From: Aliivibrio fischeri ES114 | Lineage (GTDB): Bacteria > Pseudomonadota > Gammaproteobacteria > Enterobacterales > Vibrionaceae | Assembly: GCF_000011805.1 (NCBI RefSeq) | Contig: NC_006840.2 | Direction: 5' to 3' (one strand) | DNA length: 32,000 nucleotides | Shown: positions 26,326-32,000 of the stretch, in pieces | Layout of the letters: every line of letters starts with the position of its first letter | Position numbering within the stretch: position 1 is the first letter of the stretch | Position numbers and translations under genes: made by a program | The notes under the pieces: model-generated | The model's input: only the letters and a program-made list of their open reading frames with translations | The model's database searches: none | Told to the model about the DNA's origin: nothing

Positions 26326-26781
26326 ATGAAAAAACCATCACGTCGCAAATACAACAACATGCTGATCATCTTCGTGTTGCTTTTCATTGCAGTACTTCAA
26401 GCTCCTCAGCTAATAAAAACATATTTAATAGAACCAAAAGAAAATATTGAAGTAGTTGAAGGTATTAAGCCGTTATTCGAAGGGGAAAATGCGATCCAAA
26501 AAATGCATTTTTCAGAATACGATCTAAGTGCTAATACTTCAGAGCAAGAGAGCCAACTCATTGAACGTTGGTTTACGCTAGAAGGAACCCTTCTTAATGA
26601 TGATTCAGTAAAAGCATTGAAAGAAAAGTTACCCGCTCCAAGCTCTGTTGAAGTCTGGCTTGAAGACCAGGAAGAGCCGCAACGAATTACTATTTACCAA
26701 GCACCAAGTTTTTGGATGATGCAAAACTGGCAAGGTGAGTGGATCGCAGTAAGTGCGGAAGAAGGGTATTTGTTTAGGTAA
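26326..26781 (+). CDS. Hypothetical membrane-anchored protein
   Basis: 151 aa. A basic N-terminus is followed by one hydrophobic helix (MLIIFVLLFIAVL) and an acidic soluble domain. AAAGGA Shine-Dalgarno is present. I recognised no family. The ORF is bracketed by repeat copies K and L. Confidence 0.6.
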   Translation: MKKPSRRKYNNMLIIFVLLFIAVLQAPQLIKTYLIEPKENIEVVEGIKPLFEGENAIQKMHFSEYDLSANTSEQESQLIERWFTLEGTLLNDDSVKALKEKLPAPSSVEVWLEDQEEPQRITIYQAPSFWMMQNWQGEWIAVSAEEGYLFR

Positions 26782-26998
26782 GAGCAGGGACGAGAGGCGA
26801 GGACGCTTCGCTCGTAGAGTTCAGAGGCAGTTGCTTCTAGCTCCTCCCCTTTATCGACATAGCCACTTGGTTGATAAAGTAAATATAAGGGGAGGTTGGG
26901 AGGGTTTGTTAGTAAATAGCTAGAAATTATACGCAGCGTTAACTTGAGCGCTTTACTTGCAGAGTTTAAAGGAACTTGCTTTTGATTTTCCTGAAACC
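26780..26998. repeat. Nested-palindrome intergenic repeat, copy L (deletion derivative of the K form)
   Basis: AAGAGCAGGGACGAGAGGCGAGGACGCTTCGCTCG starts inside the stop codon of the 151-aa ORF. Type-1 core: 26843-26851 with 26887-26895. Positions 26831-26895 are identical at 65 of 65 bases to 26038-26102 of copy K. It ends with ...CTTGCTTTTGATTTTCCTGAAACC at 26998. Confidence 0.9.
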
Positions 26999-27020
26999 TT
27001 ATCTTTAAAAGGAAGCCCCA

Positions 27021-27839
27021 ATGCCAGAATTGCCAGAAGTAGAAACCAGCCGCCTAGGAATCACGCCACATCTGCAAGGTCAGACAATTAAAGCTATTGT
27101 GGTTAGAACGGATAAGCTTCGTTGGCCAATCCCTCAAGAATTGCAAAAATTAGTTGGACAAAGAGTTCAGTCAATTCGCCGTCGTGCAAAATATTTAATG
27201 ATAGATACCCCAAAAGGCAGTGCGATTATTCATTTAGGAATGTCGGGCAGTTTACGAGTTTTAGATGAAGAAGTGCCGTCAGCAAAACACGATCATGTTG
27301 ATCTAGTCTTAGAAAATGGCAAAGTTCTTCGTTATAACGATCCACGCAAGTTTGGTGCTTGGTTATATTCTGAGGTAGGTGTAGCGCATCAAGTACTTTC
27401 GAAGCTAGGGCCAGAACCACTAACAAATGAATTTAATAGCGAGTATTTTGCAGAGAAAGCCAAGAATAAAAAAACCGTAGTGAAACAATTTATAATGAAC
27501 AATGCTGTAGTGGTTGGTGTTGGTAATATTTATGCCAGTGAATCCTTGTTTATGGCTCAAATTCATCCTAAAACGTCGGTAGGTTCATTAAAAGCGTCTC
27601 AGATTACTCTTCTTGTAGCTGAAATAAAAAAAGTGCTAGAAACCGCAATTAAGCAAGGTGGAACAACACTAAAAGATTTTAATCAAGTTGATGGCAAGCC
27701 TGGATATTTTGCACAGGAATTGCATGTATATGGTCGCGCCAAGAAAAAATGCCTACTATGTAGCTCAATTATTCAAGAAGAGAAAATCGGACAACGAAAC
27801 ACTTTTTGGTGTGGACATTGTCAGCCATTTAATAAATAA
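27021..27839 (+). CDS. mutM: Formamidopyrimidine-DNA glycosylase
   Basis: 272 aa. The catalytic N-terminus MPELPEVE, an H2TH region and a C-terminal zinc finger ([25 protein letters not shown]) are all present. Confidence 0.95.
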   Translation: MPELPEVETSRLGITPHLQGQTIKAIVVRTDKLRWPIPQELQKLVGQRVQSIRRRAKYLMIDTPKGSAIIHLGMSGSLRVLDEEVPSAKHDHVDLVLENGKVLRYNDPRKFGAWLYSEVGVAHQVLSKLGPEPLTNEFNSEYFAEKAKNKKTVVKQFIMNNAVVVGVGNIYASESLFMAQIHPKTSVGSLKASQITLLVAEIKKVLETAIKQGGTTLKDFNQVDGKPGYFAQELHVYGRAKKKCLLCSSIIQEEKIGQRNTFWCGHCQPFNK

Positions 27840-27863
27840 CGTTAAAAAAATAGAGAGAACCAA

Positions 27864-29843
27864 ATGAATTTCCAACAAAACTATAAACAACTTAGTCGAG
27901 CCATTTGGTTATCAGTTTTTATTGCTGTGATTATATTATCTGTAGGACGTTTAGTTTTTTTAGCTAATATTGTTGATACGGCCGAGCTTGCACAAAGAGA
28001 AGGTGATTTATGGCGAGCCCTATTTACTGGGTTCCGTTTTGATTTGAAAGTTGTTGTTATTGGTTTCGCACCATTATTGTTAATTGGTTTAAGCGTCGCA
28101 GCTTTTCCTAAAATGTATCGCATATTTTCTAAGGTATTTCCTTGGTACTCTGGCCTTATCTTTTTTCTAGTTACTGGTTTCTCTATTGGTAATTATTATT
28201 ACTACCTTACCTATGGTAGCTATATTGATGTCTTTATTTTTGGCTTGGCTGATGATGACACTAAAGCTGTTTTAGCTAACGCATGGGCTGATTATCCAAT
28301 TTTCTTATCTTTTATAAGTAGCCTGATTGTTGCTTGTTGTTGTGCTGCTTTTATTCGTACAATCATAAAGAAAATGCAGCAATGGGAATGGAAAACACCG
28401 CATAAAATAACAACATCTGTATCCGTGTTTATGATGATTCTTACTGTTTTCTTCTTTGCCAGAGGCACGTTAGGCTCCCACCCATTAAAACGTTATCATG
28501 CCCAAGTATCTGATTATAAAGTGCTGAACAGCATCACCCCAAATGGCATTATTGCGCTTGAATGGGCAAACAGTGATTATAAAAAGCAGAATAAATTCCA
28601 CACAGTAAGCAAAGCGGAACTTGAAGATCAGTTCACTAAGGTTGTGGGCAACACAACAGGCGAATTTACCACGTCTAAAAATACCTATTTAGCCAATAAT
28701 AAACCTCATGTTGTGATGGCATTAATGGAAGGCATGGGGACTAACGTATTGGTTGAAGATGACTACCCACAAAACGATTTACTCGGTGCCTTACGACCAG
28801 CATTTGAATCCGATTTTGTCTTTAAACGATTTTTAGCGGAAACCCCAGCAACCATTAACTCATTGGTGAACATGCTAGGGCAAAGTAATGTGCCAACCAT
28901 CAGTCACTCTTCCGCTCAAAAAGTAGAGGTGGCAGCCGCAGCCGCACGACCATATAAAAACGCGGGCTACAAAACGCTGTTTATCACCGCAACCAATGGC
29001 ATGTGGCGTAATGTCGCGAACTACTTACCGGCACAAGGCTTTGATGAGATTTTAGATGAAAATGCCATATTAAAAGCCTTTCCTGAAGCGGAAGCGTTTC
29101 GTGGTGAGTGGGGATTATCTGATGAATACGCGTTTAAGTTAGCGGAAAAAGAGCTTAATGAAGCCACGCAACCGCTGATGATTTACATCTTAACGATCAC
29201 CAATCATACGCCATATGAAGTGCCAAAAAATTATGACGTTAAGCCACTAAAAGTGAGTAAGCAATTAGTAGAGCGTATGCAAAAAGGCGAAGAGGAAGCG
29301 ATGCGACTGCTTGAGACTTACCAATATGCCAATAACGCATTGGGAGAGTTTATCGCCAATGTCAAACAGTCACCATTAGGAGACTCAACCCTTATCGCGG
29401 CAGCCGGGGATCATAAGCTAAGAGGGTTTACCATGAAGTACCCAGATGATATCGCTATCATGAATGCGGTGCCGTTTTATCTCTATGTGCCTGAAAAAAT
29501 ACAACAGTACGTGCCTTATCTTTATGATGAAAAACGCGTAGGGTCACACAAAGATATCTTCCCAACCTTGTATGCATTCAGCTTGTCAGAAGCGGCGTAT
29601 TACAGCTTAGGTGGTGAGAATATGTTGAGCACAACGGATACAAGTCGATTCGGCTATAATCCTGAAATGACGGTGGTAGAGCAGGGAATGTATTTGAATA
29701 GCCAGCCTGAAAAACTGTATCAATGGCGATCGGAGTTGGAAACCTCTCTTGAGCCAACATCAAACGACAAGCCTAATGTCGATAAGGATTACCACACATT
29801 GCAAACCTTATACATTAATGGCCAAGTAAAAGGCGTTCATTAA
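27864..29843 (+). CDS. LTA-synthase/sulfatase-family membrane transferase (alkaline-phosphatase superfamily)
   Basis: 659 aa. About five N-terminal TM helices are followed by a large extracytoplasmic domain with sulfatase-like motifs (VVMALMEGMGTN, ITNHTPY, AAAGDHKLRG). It starts 24 nt after mutM and lies next to coaD and the LPS-core genes. The substrate cannot be called from sequence. Confidence 0.7.
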   Translation: MNFQQNYKQLSRAIWLSVFIAVIILSVGRLVFLANIVDTAELAQREGDLWRALFTGFRFDLKVVVIGFAPLLLIGLSVAAFPKMYRIFSKVFPWYSGLIFFLVTGFSIGNYYYYLTYGSYIDVFIFGLADDDTKAVLANAWADYPIFLSFISSLIVACCCAAFIRTIIKKMQQWEWKTPHKITTSVSVFMMILTVFFFARGTLGSHPLKRYHAQVSDYKVLNSITPNGIIALEWANSDYKKQNKFHTVSKAELEDQFTKVVGNTTGEFTTSKNTYLANNKPHVVMALMEGMGTNVLVEDDYPQNDLLGALRPAFESDFVFKRFLAETPATINSLVNMLGQSNVPTISHSSAQKVEVAAAAARPYKNAGYKTLFITATNGMWRNVANYLPAQGFDEILDENAILKAFPEAEAFRGEWGLSDEYAFKLAEKELNEATQPLMIYILTITNHTPYEVPKNYDVKPLKVSKQLVERMQKGEEEAMRLLETYQYANNALGEFIANVKQSPLGDSTLIAAAGDHKLRGFTMKYPDDIAIMNAVPFYLYVPEKIQQYVPYLYDEKRVGSHKDIFPTLYAFSLSEAAYYSLGGENMLSTTDTSRFGYNPEMTVVEQGMYLNSQPEKLYQWRSELETSLEPTSNDKPNVDKDYHTLQTLYINGQVKGVH

Positions 29844-29853
29844 TCGTTATCAT

Positions 29854-29880
29854 AGGCCACTTATTTAAGTGGCCTTTTTT
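29854..29880 (+). terminator. Rho-independent terminator after the LTA-synthase-like gene
   Basis: 9-bp stem: AGGCCACTT 29854-29862 with AAGTGGCCT 29867-29875. It is followed by a T-run to 29880. Confidence 0.8.
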
Positions 29881-29886
29881 AACGTA

Positions 29887-30375
29887 TTACAATGATGACG
29901 CAACTTTATTTTTTAATGCTTGATTAACCGAAGAAGGAACAAAGGCTTCCACACTTCCTCCATGCAACGCTACTTCACGAACAATGGTCGAAGAGAGAAA
30001 CGCATACTCCTCAGAAGGCGTAAGAAACACACTCTCTAATTCAGGCATTAATTTACGATACATACTGGTTAAGCCAAATTCGTACTCAAAATCCATGGTG
30101 GTTCTTAGCCCACGCACCAATAAGTTGGCCTTTTTTTCTTTGGCAAAATCCACCATCAATCCAGAGAAACCTTCAACATAAACATTAGGAAGATCTTTCG
30201 TTACGGCTTGCACCAGTTGAACACGTTCGTCTAAAGTAAACAGTGTTTTCTTACTTGGGCTTGCCGCCACTGCAACAATGATGTGATCAAACATGGAGGC
30301 AGAACGTTTAATTAAATCCAAATGTCCATTAGTGATAGGATCAAACGTACCGGGATAAAGCGTTAATTTAGTCAT
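29887..30375 (-). CDS. coaD: Phosphopantetheine adenylyltransferase
   Basis: 162 aa from ATG 30375 ([24 protein letters not shown]...). The ORF-track start at 30426 adds 17 unrelated residues. The start overlaps the end of the upstream glycosyltransferase by 8 nt. Confidence 0.95.
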   Translation of the reverse strand: MTKLTLYPGTFDPITNGHLDLIKRSASMFDHIIVAVAASPSKKTLFTLDERVQLVQAVTKDLPNVYVEGFSGLMVDFAKEKKANLLVRGLRTTMDFEYEFGLTSMYRKLMPELESVFLTPSEEYAFLSSTIVREVALHGGSVEAFVPSSVNQALKNKVASSL

Positions 30376-31396
30376 GTTGTAAAGCTCGTTGATAAACCTT
30401 GAAATACAGAGCCGCAGTATGCTCAATCATAAAGGAGGTTAATTTTTCTCGTCCTCCTTCAATTAAGCGTTCTTTTAGCGTGGCATCATTGGCTATTTTT
30501 TCAATGTTTTCGGCCAGTTCTACAGAATTACCCGGCTCGATAAGTAGTCCTGATTTATCATGTTCGATAATGTCAGGGATCCCTCCTGCATGCGAACCAA
30601 TAGCAGGAAGTCCAGCATTCATACCTTCTAAAATCACAGACCCGAGTCCTTCAGTATAAGAAGGGTGGATCAACAAATCGGCAGCCGCAAACCAGTCACC
30701 CATATTATGTTGGCGACCCATAAATGAAATATTCGCTAATCCTGAAGCTTGTTCTTCTAGTTCAGAACGTTGTTTCCCATCCCCTAATAAACAGAGATGA
30801 ACATTAGGATCTTTCAGTCGCATTGCGGCGTTAACCGTGACATCAAACCCTTTATGAGGGATCATATTACCAGCTTGAATGACCAAAAATTTATCCTTAA
30901 ATCGCTCCCTAATATTGGCGACTTCAGAATGATTGACCGGATAAATCACGGGTGAATCAGGAATCGTCACAATATGTTGTTGTGGAAGGCGTGTTCGTAC
31001 TACCTCAGAAACGCAAGTGCTGATCCCAACAATGGCTGCGGCATTAGAATACGCAAAAGTCGTGAGCCATTTCTTCTTAATCGGGTTATCTAAGCGTCGA
31101 GTAATAATATAAGGTGTTTGGCTTACTTTATGCTGAATTGCAGCCCAATAGATAGCATGCCCTTCATGAACATGGAGAACGGCATCTTTTGGAAGAGAAA
31201 TCGTGTGGCCTAATAGATAATGTCGAACCGTAATGACTTCACAACCTAAATCAGATACGGCTTGATGAAAAGGGCTATTAGCTAAAGCGATAACTGCTAT
31301 TTCTTGTTGCTGTTTTTGGTGCTGTTTAATGAGAGCGAGAGTTTGTTGCTCTCCACCGCTAAAACCACGAGCAAGGTTAATATGATAAATTTTCAT
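30368..31396 (-). CDS. GT4-family (GT-B fold) glycosyltransferase, probable LPS core biosynthesis
   Basis: 342 aa. The C-terminal [20 protein letters not shown]...GGIPDII motif (E-X7-E type) is typical of GT4 enzymes. It is translationally coupled to coaD. Confidence 0.8.
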   Translation of the reverse strand: MKIYHINLARGFSGGEQQTLALIKQHQKQQQEIAVIALANSPFHQAVSDLGCEVITVRHYLLGHTISLPKDAVLHVHEGHAIYWAAIQHKVSQTPYIITRRLDNPIKKKWLTTFAYSNAAAIVGISTCVSEVVRTRLPQQHIVTIPDSPVIYPVNHSEVANIRERFKDKFLVIQAGNMIPHKGFDVTVNAAMRLKDPNVHLCLLGDGKQRSELEEQASGLANISFMGRQHNMGDWFAAADLLIHPSYTEGLGSVILEGMNAGLPAIGSHAGGIPDIIEHDKSGLLIEPGNSVELAENIEKIANDATLKERLIEGGREKLTSFMIEHTAALYFKVYQRALQHD

Positions 31397-31398
31397 TA

Positions 31399-32000
31399 TT
31401 ATTCCTTGTTGGATTTATTGTAATCACGTAACCATAAATCTGCATAGCGATTAAACGTCACACTGGCACTTAACATTGCTAATAGCAAGCCATGTCGGCC
31501 ATCTAAAAAACCACGTTTTAGAATGTACATGCGAATAAAGCAAAAGAAACCATGGAAAAAAGCACCACTTAATGAGCCTTTCTTTTTTCCTTCTCGCTGA
31601 TCAACCCATGACTTAATGTACATAACATTTTTCGCATTGTATTGATGTAAAACGTCGTACGTAAAATGCAGTAAACGACCGGATAATGGGGCCACTTGAA
31701 CGCCATCAGGGACTGACACACTTTCATGAACCAAAGCATCATTATAAGCCATGTCATTCACTTTATATAAACGCACCACCCAATCTGGCGACCAACCAGA
31801 GTGCTTAATGAACTTCCCAAAGGCAGAGCTAAGACGATTTATCTTATACGCCACATTCGGTTTATTGGCTTTTACCGCCGTCAAAATATCTTCTTTTAAC
31901 TCAGGCGTAACTCGCTCATCGGCATCCAACCACAGCACGTAATCGGCTGTCACATATTGCTGTGCTAACTGACGCTGCTTACCAAATCCCGGCCATTCGG
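31399..32000 (-). CDS. GT2-family glycosyltransferase, WaaE/KdtX-like (5' end outside the window)
   Basis: The reading frame stays open to the window edge (...EWPGFGKQRQLAQQYVTADYVLWLDADE...). The DxD-type LDADE motif and the C-terminal RGFLDGRHG segment are typical of KdtX/WaaE-type LPS core enzymes. The ORF-track start at GTG 31953 is internal. Confidence 0.75.
   Translation of the reverse strand, partial: EWPGFGKQRQLAQQYVTADYVLWLDADERVTPELKEDILTAVKANKPNVAYKINRLSSAFGKFIKHSGWSPDWVVRLYKVNDMAYNDALVHESVSVPDGVQVAPLSGRLLHFTYDVLHQYNAKNVMYIKSWVDQREGKKKGSLSGAFFHGFFCFIRMYILKRGFLDGRHGLLLAMLSASVTFNRYADLWLRDYNKSNKE

Noticed and set aside
9055-30426. The ORF track gives longer N-terminal extensions for rph (9055), pyrE (10050), rpmB (25432) and coaD (30426). 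It also gives an internal GTG start (31953) for the last glycosyltransferase.
   Set aside because: Conserved protein N-termini begin at 9121, 10086, 25447 and 30375. The extensions do not resemble the families. The GT2 frame stays open to the window edge, so its true start lies outside the window.

Overview
This looks like a core-chromosome segment of an AT-rich gammaproteobacterium. Gene content and order fit Vibrionaceae (Aliivibrio or Vibrio is my guess; I cannot verify it here).

I support 31 protein genes, nearly all housekeeping:
- yiiD, then gmk-rpoZ-spoT-trmH on the minus strand
- a psiE-like gene, a small Cys/His-rich secreted protein and an EamA transporter
- yicC, rph-pyrE and an orphan ParA-like ATPase
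- ompR, envZ and xanP
- comF/bioH plus a 159-aa unknown
- tex, greB, a lipid A acyltransferase, slmA and coaBC
- radC, rpmB-rpmG and a 151-aa unknown
- mutM, an LTA-synthase-like membrane transferase, coaD and two LPS-core glycosyltransferases (the last runs off the right edge)

I saw no tRNA, rRNA, CRISPR array, transposase, integrase, phage gene or recognisable defence gene.

The signal that the genes do not explain is non-coding. Twelve of the 20 intergenic gaps longer than 100 bp are filled by one family of GC-rich, modular, concentrically nested inverted-repeat elements. Together they cover about 2.8 kb, roughly 9% of the window.
- The elements are built from about five interchangeable modules, many nucleated on GCGAAGC or GCGTAGC mini-hairpin words.
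- Their ends sit on or within a few nucleotides of stop codons. They supply the greB stop codon and the last codons of comF.
- They are absent from all four divergent promoter gaps.
- They lie inside normally tight operons: ompR-envZ is split by 432 bp, and spoT-trmH, rph-pyrE and coaBC-slmA are also interrupted.
- Near-identical direct copies flank one small ORF.

I do not recognise the consensus as ERIC, REP/BIME, VCR/attC or Correia. Novelty can only be settled by database searches that I cannot run.
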